Of a DNA stretch of 64,000 nt, positions 49,159 through 58,952 are shown one piece after another. The DNA comes from Tepidisphaera sp. (lineage in GTDB: Bacteria > Planctomycetota > Phycisphaerae > Phycisphaerales > UBA1924), in assembly GCA_050916045.1 (NCBI GenBank), contig CP051526.1:1664001-1728000 (forward strand), in the 5' to 3' direction. The notes below the pieces were generated by a model. It did not search any database. It saw only the letters and a program-made list of their open reading frames with translations, and was not told the origin of the DNA. Positions within the stretch are counted from its first letter, which is position 1, and each line of letters opens with the position of its first letter. Position numbers and translations under genes: made by a program.

Positions 49159-51756
49159 TTGACGTCCCCTACAGATCTGACCATCGTGACGACTACTCCT
49201 GCCGGCAGGGGAGAAGCAACCCTCGGACCCTTCAGCACCTTTGTCGAAGCGACGCTCGGCCGCGGCGAAGACGCTCATATCTTCGTCAACGATCCCGCGG
49301 TAAGCCGAGTGCACGCGAGACTGTACCGACGGGGGCATGAGCTGCTCGTCGAGAACCTGAGCAAAGCCTCCGGCACGATGGTGGACGGGCGAATCATCGC
49401 CCTTGCGGTCCCTCTCACTCCGGGTCACCGCATCACGCTCGGAGATTCGATCGTCGAGGTGTACTGGCCGTCCCGAGACATGTCGGCTGCGACTCCAACA
49501 CCACCACCCAATGTTCATCTGGACACCACGGTTCTGCCTACGGCCCGAGGACTAGGCGGGCGGACCCCTCCGGCCCCGCTCCCGGCGATTGAGATGACGA
49601 TTCTCGGACGCCGATCGAACTCACAGGCGGGGGAAGCGGACTCTGACGCCCCGCACACACGACCAACCGCCGCCGTGCTCGACATCCCGCTCCAGGGTGC
49701 GAGCATGGTTCTGGGCCGTGACCCGTCGTGCGAGATTTCGCTCGTCGATGATCTGATGATCTCTCGCCGGCATGCCCTCTTCTCGCGGATGGGCGGCGGC
49801 TGGGCCGTGCGGGATCAAGGCTCGAGCAACGGGACCTTCCTGAACGGCGAACGTATCACCAAAGCTGCGGCGCTTGAGCCGGGGGACCTGGTCTCCATCG
49901 GGCCGTACCAGTTCACCTTCACGGGTGATGCACTCACAACCCGTCCTCCGGAGGCCGGTGCTTCGATCGAGGCTCGCGGCGTGGCAGTCCCGGGGCGCGG
50001 AAAGGACCTGGTGCTGCGCGACGTTTCCTTCAGCATCGAATCTGGCGAGCTGGTGGCGTTGCTCGGCATCTCGGGCTCGGGCAAGACCCGTCTCATGCAT
50101 GGGATGTGCGGTCGAGCGCCGTTGGCCGCGGGGCAAGTGTCCTACGACGGCCGCGACTTCACGGTCAACCAGGAGGCGATGCGGCGATCGATCGGGTACG
50201 TCCCGAGCTGGCTGACGCTTCACGATTCCCTCACGGTCGCCGATGGTCTGCGATTCGCGTCACGCTTGCGACTCTCCACTGACGCCTCCGACGATGAGAT
50301 CGAGGCGAACATCGATCGCGTGCTCGAGCAGTTGCGAATCAAAGAGCGTAAGCACGCCTCGATGAAGACGCTGTCCGATGGACAGAAGCGCCGCGTCGGA
50401 TTGGCGGTCGAGCTTCTGGGCTCGCCGCAGGTGATGCTCTTGGACGAGGTCACGACGGCTTTGGATCTCCCCACCCACTGCCAGTTCATGAAGCTCTTCC
50501 GAGATCTCGCCGACGGGGGCAAGTCGCTGCTGCTCATTTCGCACCATCTTGAGGATCTGGAGATGTGCGACAAATGGTTGTACTTGATCGGTGGGAGGGT
50601 CGCGTTCTTCGGGACGCCCGCGCGGTTCCTGACGCACTTCAAGGTCAAATCTCTCCGCGAGCAGCTGGAAGTCCAGGCCGGAAGCTCCAAGTCCGCCGAT
50701 CTGTGGGCCAAGGAGTTCGAGCAGGCTTTCGGCGGGCCGCCGCCAGCTCTGTCATCGGGCGGTCAGCCCGACAGCAGGCCCGCCGCCGCCGACGCCCCGC
50801 CGTCGCAGCGTCGGAAGGAGATCGTGCGTCAGGGCAAGCTCCTCACCCACCGGTACGTCACGCTCCTCAAGTCTGATCGGAAGAACCTCGCCATCATGCT
50901 CGGTTTGGCACCGGTGATCGCCTGCCTGATGCTCCTCCTGAACTCGGCGCTGCAGACCACCGTCGACAAGGCCAAGGATGCTGCGATGCAGTTCCCCAAG
51001 GATCAGGGGCGATTGGATATCTGGCGTCAGACCGAACTCGGCCAGAGCAAGACGATCGCCTTCATGCTGGTGACGTCCACGATCATCGTCGGCACGTTCA
51101 TGTCGGTGCGGGAGATCGTCAAGGAAACCGACATCCTCCGTCACGAGCGTTTTTCCAGTCTTGACTATGTATCCTACCTGTTGAGCAAGGCCGGCCCGCT
51201 CAGCATGCTCGCGGTCGCCAGCGCGGTAGGGATGACGCTGCTCCTGAGGGTGTTCGGCGGGGTCGACGCACTGGACGTCCCCTTCGGCTCCCTCGCGGCG
51301 ATGACGTCGGCCCTCGCGGTCTCGTCCGTCATGCTCGGCCTGCTCATTTCCGCGGCGGTTGACACCAGCGAGAAGGCGTTCATGGTCCTGGCGCCGATCC
51401 TGATCATGCAGCTGACGCTCGGCGGAGGCCTCGTGGAAATCAAGGGTGCGAAGATTGAACCTCTCGCCAAGATTGCAGTCACCGCATACTGGCCCTACTC
51501 GGGGACGGTCGATCAAGTACGCCCCTTCGATGCGCCCGGCCATCCTTACAGCACCGCCGTGGCTCAGAAGGACAAGAAGGACCTGAAGCCTCCCGGAGAA
51601 CCCTGGGGATTCGCCTTCACCGCGACACTGCTCCAGGGTCTTGCTTACCTGATGGGAACCTACGTGCTCTTGGTGCGCCGCGACGGTCGTCCGCTGTTGG
51701 CCTCGCTGAAGCGCGAAGCCAAGACCATCGGACTCCTCGGAAATGCCCCGAAGTAG
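49159..51756 (+). CDS. FHA-FHA-ABC ATPase-permease fusion (Rv1747-like)
   Basis: Two GR...SR.HA FHA domains; GISGSGKT, LSDGQ, LLDE, SHH; REIVKE..I..HER and C-terminal TMs. TTG start after GGAG. Confidence 0.9.
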   Translation: MTSPTDLTIVTTTPAGRGEATLGPFSTFVEATLGRGEDAHIFVNDPAVSRVHARLYRRGHELLVENLSKASGTMVDGRIIALAVPLTPGHRITLGDSIVEVYWPSRDMSAATPTPPPNVHLDTTVLPTARGLGGRTPPAPLPAIEMTILGRRSNSQAGEADSDAPHTRPTAAVLDIPLQGASMVLGRDPSCEISLVDDLMISRRHALFSRMGGGWAVRDQGSSNGTFLNGERITKAAALEPGDLVSIGPYQFTFTGDALTTRPPEAGASIEARGVAVPGRGKDLVLRDVSFSIESGELVALLGISGSGKTRLMHGMCGRAPLAAGQVSYDGRDFTVNQEAMRRSIGYVPSWLTLHDSLTVADGLRFASRLRLSTDASDDEIEANIDRVLEQLRIKERKHASMKTLSDGQKRRVGLAVELLGSPQVMLLDEVTTALDLPTHCQFMKLFRDLADGGKSLLLISHHLEDLEMCDKWLYLIGGRVAFFGTPARFLTHFKVKSLREQLEVQAGSSKSADLWAKEFEQAFGGPPPALSSGGQPDSRPAAADAPPSQRRKEIVRQGKLLTHRYVTLLKSDRKNLAIMLGLAPVIACLMLLLNSALQTTVDKAKDAAMQFPKDQGRLDIWRQTELGQSKTIAFMLVTSTIIVGTFMSVREIVKETDILRHERFSSLDYVSYLLSKAGPLSMLAVASAVGMTLLLRVFGGVDALDVPFGSLAAMTSALAVSSVMLGLLISAAVDTSEKAFMVLAPILIMQLTLGGGLVEIKGAKIEPLAKIAVTAYWPYSGTVDQVRPFDAPGHPYSTAVAQKDKKDLKPPGEPWGFAFTATLLQGLAYLMGTYVLLVRRDGRPLLASLKREAKTIGLLGNAPK

Positions 51757-51863
51757 CCGGCGGCTTGGCACAACCGGTGCGATGGGGCATGGCGCACCCG
51801 TCGCACGATGACGGGTGATGTCGTGGTTCCGCCAACGCAGCGCCGACCGACCTCGCCGCGGAA

Positions 51864-52838
51864 TCAGTCCTTGATGTCTTCGAGCCGCTTCACCCGATCA
51901 TTCCCCGCGGGGTGCGACCGGTAGTGGCGCTTCATCGCGTTGATGGCCTCGCCCGCCGGTGTACTCGCCTTCTTGTCCAGGTCGTCGTGCACGTTGTTCT
52001 TTTGCGCGAACGCCTCCAGGACCCTGACGAACTGGATCCTGTCCGCCTTCGGCACGCCGAGCTTCCGCTGCGCCTCATACGCGTACTTGTCGCTCTCGAA
52101 CTCCTGGTCTTCGGAGTACCCGAGAACGATGATGTTCTGCAACTGCGAGGCGATGTTGCCCGCGAGGTTGCCGCCGATCTCCGCAGCCCGAATCCCCGCC
52201 AGCGATCCCTTGGCGCAGTGCTCCAACTCGACATGACCAATCTCGTGCCCGATCACCGATTGAATGGCGACGTCCGACTTCATCTCGTCGAGGAGCCCGC
52301 GGAAGATGAACACGTTCCCGCCGACGAAGGCGAACGCGTTCATCGTGGAATCCTCGATCAGCGTAAAGGTGTACCGCCGTCCCTTCGTCCGCACAAGCTG
52401 CGCCAAGATTGGCTGGGCGAGCTTCTCGATGCGCTGCTGAGCAGACAGATCGGTCGACACTCTGAACTGCTTCAGGATCTCCGCCCGAATGACCTCTCCG
52501 TGTTTCCATTCCTCATCGATGCTCAGACCTACAAGCCCGTTGGCGATGTCCGTGGCCGTTCGGCCCAAACTGCCCGCGAGGTCGCCGATTCCTCTTATGC
52601 GATCCTGCGCATCCGGGGGCTTGCCGTCCTTCCCGGTCTTGAGCGTATCGATCACCTTGTCGGCGGCCCCCTTGGCCTTGTCGGCCGCGTCAGAGACCGT
52701 CTGCGCAGGCCCCTTGACGAACTTGTTGTAGGCGAAGTACCCAGCCACTGCGATTGCCGCAACCACGAGTAGCCGTACGCTTCCCCCATCGAGTCCCTTT
52801 GACACAGCGTCACCTTCGGTTTCTCTAGCGTTTGTCAT
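51864..52838 (-). CDS. M48 family zinc metallopeptidase, membrane-anchored
   Basis: NAFA..GG, HEIGH, YSEDQEFESD, SHP...R motifs; N-terminal TM. Confidence 0.9.
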   Translation of the reverse strand: MTNARETEGDAVSKGLDGGSVRLLVVAAIAVAGYFAYNKFVKGPAQTVSDAADKAKGAADKVIDTLKTGKDGKPPDAQDRIRGIGDLAGSLGRTATDIANGLVGLSIDEEWKHGEVIRAEILKQFRVSTDLSAQQRIEKLAQPILAQLVRTKGRRYTFTLIEDSTMNAFAFVGGNVFIFRGLLDEMKSDVAIQSVIGHEIGHVELEHCAKGSLAGIRAAEIGGNLAGNIASQLQNIIVLGYSEDQEFESDKYAYEAQRKLGVPKADRIQFVRVLEAFAQKNNVHDDLDKKASTPAGEAINAMKRHYRSHPAGNDRVKRLEDIKD

Positions 52839-52882
52839 AGAACCCTCACCAACTGCAGGCCGTCTGGGCATTCCTGATACAC

Positions 52883-53464
52883 CTACTTCGATTCAACTGC
52901 ACTGAACTTTCCATCAACATACACAATATCGTAGATTTGGAATTTTGAGATCCCCGTCACCACATTGACCAGTTCAAGTCTTAGAGTGTACATTGCAGTT
53001 CCCGGGTTTCCGGCATTCAACGTGTACCCCATTTCACCAAGAATCAGAAAATCAACCGCTGCTCTACTCGCGGCACTCTGCTTTTCGGAGGCGGCAACTC
53101 TCTCGTTATCGTCCACTGTCCTGTTAATCTCATCCGAGTTTTGTCTCGCCGTAACGAACTCGGCCTTATCGGAGTTCGAGATCGCCACCGTGATCGGATC
53201 AACCAATTTTTTGATATCTACACGGCAGTTGAGATCGGGCTTGATAGAGCCGACCTGTACCCGCGGAATCCGTCCGATATCTGAGCGAAAACTCTCCGCC
53301 CAAGGAATGCTGAAGAACTTCTCCGCGACTACTTCGGCACCACGCCTGTACTCAAGCGCACCGATGCTAACGCTCGGCGAAGTGGGAGCGGATGAGCATG
53401 CCGGCACAAATAGAAGTGCGACAGACCACAATGACGCGAGCACCAGTACAATATTTGTTTTCAT
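52883..53464 (-). CDS. Lipoprotein, LpoB/CsgG-like fold (tentative)
   Basis: Lipobox VPAC; VDFLILGE...YTLRLELVNVVTG C-terminal pattern. Confidence 0.6.
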   Translation of the reverse strand: MKTNIVLVLASLWSVALLFVPACSSAPTSPSVSIGALEYRRGAEVVAEKFFSIPWAESFRSDIGRIPRVQVGSIKPDLNCRVDIKKLVDPITVAISNSDKAEFVTARQNSDEINRTVDDNERVAASEKQSAASRAAVDFLILGEMGYTLNAGNPGTAMYTLRLELVNVVTGISKFQIYDIVYVDGKFSAVESK

Positions 53465-53520
53465 GCATTTCTCCGAAACCGCATTCTTGTGATTTGGACA
53501 ACCCGGCTGACCTAGACGAT

Positions 53521-54939
53521 CTACCTCGGGCTTCTTGCCACCACAGCTGTCACCCCGGACTGATTCGCCGCCACCTTGGTCCAGGGACCCTCGTACAGCA
53601 CCACGTCCGTTGCGTTCGTAAAAACTACTCTTACTTCGTGCTCTCCGGGTGACACTCGAAGCAGCGCGACTCGGGCTTGAGCTGGAAGCGTTGTCCAGCT
53701 CCTTCTGTCCGCTCGCTCCGTCAAATAGATCCAGCCAGCCCCCAGTGCGCCCGTAACAGATGTCCACCAGCCACGATCGTCGTTCCGGGAGACGACGATC
53801 GTCCCGGCGGTCACAATTCCTGCCTTCACCGTCATTCGAATGGCTGCGCGATAGTAGATCGCGTCCTCGCTGCGTCTAAAATTCTCAGCGACCACAGCCG
53901 CCATGTCCTCGACAAGGTGCAGATCCACCGGATTCCCGCCTCGCACTTCCACGCGGGCCTTGGATACGTCAGAATGGACCGGCCTGAGCACTGGAACCGA
54001 CGCCGGCAAGACCTGATCCAGAACTGGAACCTTCAGGGCTCGACTTCCGAACTCTGGTGCGCGTCCGGAGAGCGCCACGACCACCAGGTTGCCGACAGAG
54101 GCTTCCTGCGATCCAAACTTCGAGAAAGCTTCCCGCTCCAGACGCTGGCCGCCATCCGGAGCGTCTGCAAGAGCGGCATTGAACTGCGATGCCGAAAGCT
54201 CCGCCTTGTCCGGAATGCCGGCGTGGGCAAACGTGATCGTCGATAAGTACATGCCGAGAGGGGAGTTGAGGAACATCCCGCTCCGCTGCGACGTCTGTCC
54301 TCCATCGGCTGCGCTTTGCTGGGGAGCACCACTTTGGCTCTGCTCCTTCATGCTCTTGACCATCGCCGCGTACTGATTGTCCTTGTCCTGCTGCTTGATT
54401 TGATCGAGAACTGTGGCGTATTGAGCGTTCAAAAAGGCTACTTTGTCAAGCTGCCGGTTCGCATCGACTATCGCCCCATTCTCAAGTTTGCTTTTGGCGA
54501 GACTTGCTGCTTGGGAGAGAGCGCTGACATAAATGTCTTCATGCGGTCTCGCGTAATACGCCGCGGTACCGTCATTGTTGATCCATTGAAGCACGCTGTC
54601 CCACGTCTTCATTTCGTAGTTGAACGCGGACGATTGCTGCGCCTCATCAAAGGCGGCAACGGCGTCGTCATAGTCGCCCGCGCTGAGGGCCGTTGAACCG
54701 CGCTCGAGCCGGAGCAGGAGGAAGTTCTTGCTGTCGACGCCCTCGTAGACGTCGTGGGTCTTGGGGTCGAACGCCACCGCCTTCGCTTCCACAAACTTTC
54801 CCTGGTCTGTGAGGCTGGCAAGCTCCGCCTGCTTGTCCTCGATCGAGGTGCAGGCCCCGAGGGCCAAGGCAAGCCATGCTCCCATCAAGATTTGAGTAAC
54901 CGGGTGGACCGAGCGATGCGTGCCGGACAGGTGATTCAT
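53521..54939 (-). CDS. Lipoprotein, COG3014-like (TPR-like N-terminus)
   Basis: Lipobox LGAC; LL.LERG; C-terminal TERADRRSWTTLP...L...PGEH. Confidence 0.7.
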   Translation of the reverse strand: MNHLSGTHRSVHPVTQILMGAWLALALGACTSIEDKQAELASLTDQGKFVEAKAVAFDPKTHDVYEGVDSKNFLLLRLERGSTALSAGDYDDAVAAFDEAQQSSAFNYEMKTWDSVLQWINNDGTAAYYARPHEDIYVSALSQAASLAKSKLENGAIVDANRQLDKVAFLNAQYATVLDQIKQQDKDNQYAAMVKSMKEQSQSGAPQQSAADGGQTSQRSGMFLNSPLGMYLSTITFAHAGIPDKAELSASQFNAALADAPDGGQRLEREAFSKFGSQEASVGNLVVVALSGRAPEFGSRALKVPVLDQVLPASVPVLRPVHSDVSKARVEVRGGNPVDLHLVEDMAAVVAENFRRSEDAIYYRAAIRMTVKAGIVTAGTIVVSRNDDRGWWTSVTGALGAGWIYLTERADRRSWTTLPAQARVALLRVSPGEHEVRVVFTNATDVVLYEGPWTKVAANQSGVTAVVARSPR

Positions 54940-55042
54940 GTTCCCTCCACGATTAGGATCGCAGCGTACACGCTCCCTTAAGCGGTGTCAACCGATGGGA
55001 CGAGTCGCTATACTCCCGCAGGTAGACTCAGGAGGATCTCAC

Positions 55043-55984
55043 ATGCGCGTCTCTCGATGGTTGTCGTTTCCGGTTGGGCTCGGCGTGGTGCTCTTGACGG
55101 CCTGCAGCCAGCCCTACGTCGCTGAAGTTCGGAACGAGACCGGTCACTATGCGACCGTTGGTCTCTATCTGAGCACCACCGCGAACACGGGACAGCTTCT
55201 GCAAAGTGCCAGCCTTGCCCCGAGGGAGAAGGCGTCGCTGAGCGTGGAAACCGCACCCGGAAGCCGATCGCTCTATGTCGAGGCCGACAGCCTTGGGCAA
55301 ACGGGCGTCCCTCCGCGCCACAGTCTGTCCGGACCGGGTCGGACCATCCTTGTGCTTCGACCCATGGGGAATCTCCCGAGTTCGCCGATGCGGCTTGAGA
55401 TCTTGGAGGATCCCTCCGGTTCGGTGAGCGTACCCACGTCGAGCGCTGGCGAGACCGCGAAGAACACGGAGGCACCTCGCGTCACCTCCCGGCCCGATCC
55501 TCAGCCTCCGGTCCCGGTACAAACCCCAGTATTTCCGACGTCCGTCCCTTCGCCGAGTTCCAACGCTCCGATCGCGTCAAAGCCGCCTGAGCGGACCTCT
55601 GCTCCAGCCCCCTCTGTGGCGGCAATTCCCGTGCTTTCCGCCACGGCAGACGAGGTCACGATGGACGTGAGCTCGATCAAACGTTCCGGCCGCTCGATTC
55701 TCATCGAGTTCACGGCGCATAGCACGTCCCGAAACGCGGATCTCGTGTGCCGAGTCGAGTTGTGCAAAGCGATGGCCAGCGGCGGTCGTCAGTTTGCCGC
55801 GACCCAACTTGTCCTGGGACCGGCCGGGCAGGACAAGTCTTATCTTCTTCTGCTCAAGGACGACAAGATCGAGGGCCGCATGCGCATCGACGATGTGCCC
55901 GATGACGTCGCCTCCTTGACGGCTCTTGTCATCGAGTTCACCAACCTTCGCTTCTCTTGGCAGCAGAGCATACCGATTCAGTGA
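55043..55984 (+). CDS. Hypothetical lipoprotein with two beta domains and a Pro-rich linker
   Basis: GGAGGA RBS; lipobox LTAC. Confidence 0.75.
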   Translation: MRVSRWLSFPVGLGVVLLTACSQPYVAEVRNETGHYATVGLYLSTTANTGQLLQSASLAPREKASLSVETAPGSRSLYVEADSLGQTGVPPRHSLSGPGRTILVLRPMGNLPSSPMRLEILEDPSGSVSVPTSSAGETAKNTEAPRVTSRPDPQPPVPVQTPVFPTSVPSPSSNAPIASKPPERTSAPAPSVAAIPVLSATADEVTMDVSSIKRSGRSILIEFTAHSTSRNADLVCRVELCKAMASGGRQFAATQLVLGPAGQDKSYLLLLKDDKIEGRMRIDDVPDDVASLTALVIEFTNLRFSWQQSIPIQ

Positions 55985-56042
55985 GCTGGTTCGTGATTCA
56001 CCTCCTCTCAGCATCTCTAGGTACTCCAGGGAGACCCGCCGC

Positions 56043-56588
56043 ATGAGCGACCAACGTGATTGGCTCCAGTCCCTGCCCCCAGAACAGAAAGAGGCGGTCC
56101 TCGCGAGAGCGAGAGCCGCAAAGACGCAGCGTCGAGAAGAGGTGGTCAACGAGCAGGTGCAGCTCGGCACGCCCGCGAACGACCGGTACCTCAAAGAGTC
56201 CGCGGAGATCTCCGCGAACCGCGCGTACAACGATTCGATTGATCGCGATCGGTCTGAGCATCACAACCGCGGCGCCCAGCACCAGAACCTCTCGAACGAC
56301 CGGTCGGCGGCGCCTGAACCAAAGCCCGAGGCAAAGACCAACCGCAACGAACGCTCAATCGCGGATGAGCCGGCGCGTGGAAAGACCGCCGGTCCATCTC
56401 AAGGCGACAGCGCCGTCAAGAAGGAATCTCTGGCGACGCAGCAACTGCAGTCGTACTTGGACAAGCACGGAGCGAAGTCCTCTGATCAGCCGGCCCACGG
56501 AGCTTCACCACCCGAACAAAGCCAACGGGAGAAGTCGTCCCAGAAAGTCGTACCGATCGACTCCGCGAAGACCCGCAGCCGTCGGTAG
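56043..56588 (+). CDS. Hypothetical hydrophilic protein with basic C-terminus
   Basis: GGAG RBS; charged and disordered; ends SAKTRSRR. Confidence 0.6.
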   Translation: MSDQRDWLQSLPPEQKEAVLARARAAKTQRREEVVNEQVQLGTPANDRYLKESAEISANRAYNDSIDRDRSEHHNRGAQHQNLSNDRSAAPEPKPEAKTNRNERSIADEPARGKTAGPSQGDSAVKKESLATQQLQSYLDKHGAKSSDQPAHGASPPEQSQREKSSQKVVPIDSAKTRSRR

Positions 56589-56925
56589 CCAGAGCGCGTT
56601 CGACGCGGGCGTCGATCCGGTCTGGCACCGCCTCCATCTTGCATGTGTGAACGACCTGAGTGCGGGCGTACACCCTTTGGCGGCCCCAGTGGGGGCGAAC
56701 TACCACCTGTCGCTTTCCGGCTGCTCTGTGCAACCAAGCAGCTTCTCCAGCCGGATCAGGCGGTCGCGAAGAGATGCGAGTTCTGCGTCTCGTGCGGCGA
56801 GCTCGCGACCCTTCTCTTCCCGAAGATCTCGCAGCGCCTCGACGAGCGGGGCGGTTCGCTCCACGCGTTCGCCGGGGATCGTCGAAGTTCACTGGGTGCT
56901 CCACGTGCTTGTCCGTGCGGAGCAT

Positions 56926-56989
56926 TGGTCTTGACCCCGCAATCTGGTCCAGCGTGAATGAGAGATATCTGGGGTGATTCCGGCCTTTG
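56926..56989 (+). mobile_element. Orphan left end of an IS3 element related to 31147-32384
   Basis: tggtcttgaccccgcaatctggtccagcgtgaatgagagatatctggggtgattccggcctttg matches the reverse complement of 32321-32384 with few mismatches. Confidence 0.85.
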
Positions 56990-57495
56990 CTTGGAAGCCC
57001 GAGGGTGGTCCGCCGCTCAGTGTGATCAGCGTCTACAACCCGGCATGGCCTCTCGACGGAAGCGCGTTTGCGGGTGTTGACATGAACGCAGTGCGATGGA
57101 CACAGCAGGCCACTGACGTGTGGCTGGCGGACCTTTTGTGGTCCAGGCTCCAAGTGTTGCCCAAGAGTGATGGAGCCCCGTGGATCATCGGTGGCGATTT
57201 CAATTTATCGGAGTCTTTCGACAAGTGGCGAGGGGGACCGCATGGCAATCGCGAGTACCTCGATCGCATGAGAAGGTTGGGTCTCGTCGAGTGCCTGCGA
57301 CACTTCAATTCAAAGCCCGTGCCGACGTTTAAAAACGTCGATGGTGGCGAGGTCCTTCACCAGATCGACCACGTATTTGCAAGCAAGACGCTGGCAGCGG
57401 CCCTCACATCTTCCACAACGGGTTCCCATGAACGAGTGTTTGAATCGAAAATAAGTGATCATCTGCCGGTGATTGCCGATTTCCAGTTGCAGTAA
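56974..57495 (+). pseudogene. Endonuclease/exonuclease/phosphatase (EEP) family, 5'-truncated
   Basis: IIGGDFN, IDHVF, SDHLPV motifs; N-terminal motifs are missing and the frame begins inside the IS end. Confidence 0.75.
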
Positions 57496-57731
57496 ATCGT
57501 CCCAACGTCGACAGCCACGTGCCGCGGAGGGACCCATCAGCCGGTTCTGGGGCCAAGTGGCTCTGCGCGGCACTAGCACCACTGCCCCGGAATTGACCCG
57601 GTTGGCCATCAACAACGACTTAATGAAGCCGAATACTGACCGGCTGAATGGGCTCCGCAAGTGCTGGGAAAACAGTGGCTTACGTGATTATTCCTTGATC
57701 CTCGCCAATGGCGGCGGACGGGCTGCTTTAT

Positions 57732-57787
57732 TCCCCCCCTCTCCGCTTCAAGCAGCCCTTGCGAATGCAAGGGCTGTTTTCGTAGGG
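57732..57787 (+). repeat. Right att-like direct repeat
   Basis: Copy of the tRNA-Ser(GGA) 3' end plus terminator hairpin (cagcccttgc...gcaagggctg-tttt). Confidence 0.9.
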
Positions 57788-58024
57788 ACTTGTGTGAGTT
57801 TGGCGGTCAGGCGCGGGGGCTCTGTCCCGTTGAACCGCCCCGTGAGGAACGGGCGAAGGCCTTGCAGGCCGCGGCGGGCGAGACTCCTTGACTGACGGCG
57901 ACGGTGTCGCGATCGTCGACTCATTTCAAGGTCCCGTTGCGCAGCGCCGAGATGCCTCGCACCCGAGGTCGAGCTTCTGAAACTCCACCTGCCGCGGCTC
58001 GCGCGACCCGAGCCGGGCGGCATG

Positions 58025-58705
58025 TCAGCGTGGCATGCCGATGGCTTCCCTGATGCGGGCGGGCAGTTCCGCGGCGGTGTAGATCCCATCGGGAAAGCGG
58101 GTTGTGTTGCCGCCGTCGGGGTCGTCCTTCACCGGCAGCGCATCGACGGTCGGCCGCGGGATCGTGGGACCCGTGAGCGACACACCGACCGCGACCCGGC
58201 ACTTGCCCTCGCCCATCAGCACCAGACGGACACACGACGGGATGGTGTCATCGCCGGCCTCGGGCGGCTTTGCTTCCCGGAACGCCGGAGTCCAGGCGTC
58301 GTGCGTGATGAGCAGGTATCGATCCGCCTCAACACGCAGCACGAGCGTGGAGTGGAGACTGTCGGGGTCCGCATCCCAAGCGGCGTCGGCGGTGGCGGTC
58401 ACCTCGGTCGCCAGCCTGGGCGCACGAAACGTCACCCGGTCCGGGTCGAGGTCGACATAGACCATCAGCGCGACGACCGTCACGACCGCGACGGCAGTGC
58501 CGACGATGATCGGGACTTTCCAGGACGCGCCGGACGTGAAGAACGAGTGCAGCCACACCGCGCCGACCGCCAGCAACGCGGCCAGCACGCCGGCGAGGAT
58601 TGCGGCCACTGCGATAAAGCCGAACGAGAAGCCTCGCTCGGTCATGATGTCGTCGTAGACATCGAGTTCAGCCTTGGTCGGAGCGCGGGTGTCGGTGGCG
58701 AGCAT
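58025..58705 (-). CDS. Hypothetical membrane protein (two TMs)
   Basis: Two hydrophobic segments followed by a soluble domain; host-like codon bias. Confidence 0.6.
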   Translation of the reverse strand: MLATDTRAPTKAELDVYDDIMTERGFSFGFIAVAAILAGVLAALLAVGAVWLHSFFTSGASWKVPIIVGTAVAVVTVVALMVYVDLDPDRVTFRAPRLATEVTATADAAWDADPDSLHSTLVLRVEADRYLLITHDAWTPAFREAKPPEAGDDTIPSCVRLVLMGEGKCRVAVGVSLTGPTIPRPTVDALPVKDDPDGGNTTRFPDGIYTAAELPARIREAIGMPR

Positions 58706-58952
58706 GACAGACCTCTGCGGGCGGTTCCAAGCTGCGGGCAACAGCGGAAAAGCCTACGCCGCGACGGTCGCGCTCGCCGTGTCGCTCCACGGCCCGATCG
58801 CCCCGCGCCGCGTCACTCATCGGGCGAGATAGTGGGCCTGCATCCCGCCGTGCGGGATCGCGAAGGAGAGCACGGTTCGACCCGCCGGATCGGCCGCTTG
58901 AGAAGCACGGCCGCCGCGCACGCCCGCCTTATCGGACAACGGCCCCGCCCGC

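Larger units (their letters stand above)
30215..57787. mobile_element. Genomic island (~27.5 kb) at tRNA-Ser(GGA), no integrase seen
   Basis: Flanking direct repeat of the tRNA 3' end, IS remnants, accessory cargo and visibly less GC-biased stretches. Confidence 0.85.

Noticed and set aside
51766..51781. TGGCAC-AACCG-GTGCG sigma-54-like motif
   Set aside because: Lies between convergent genes with no plus-strand gene to drive; probably chance.
30215..57787. Island as a prophage or complete conjugative element
   Set aside because: No capsid, terminase, integrase, relaxase or VirB4 recognisable.
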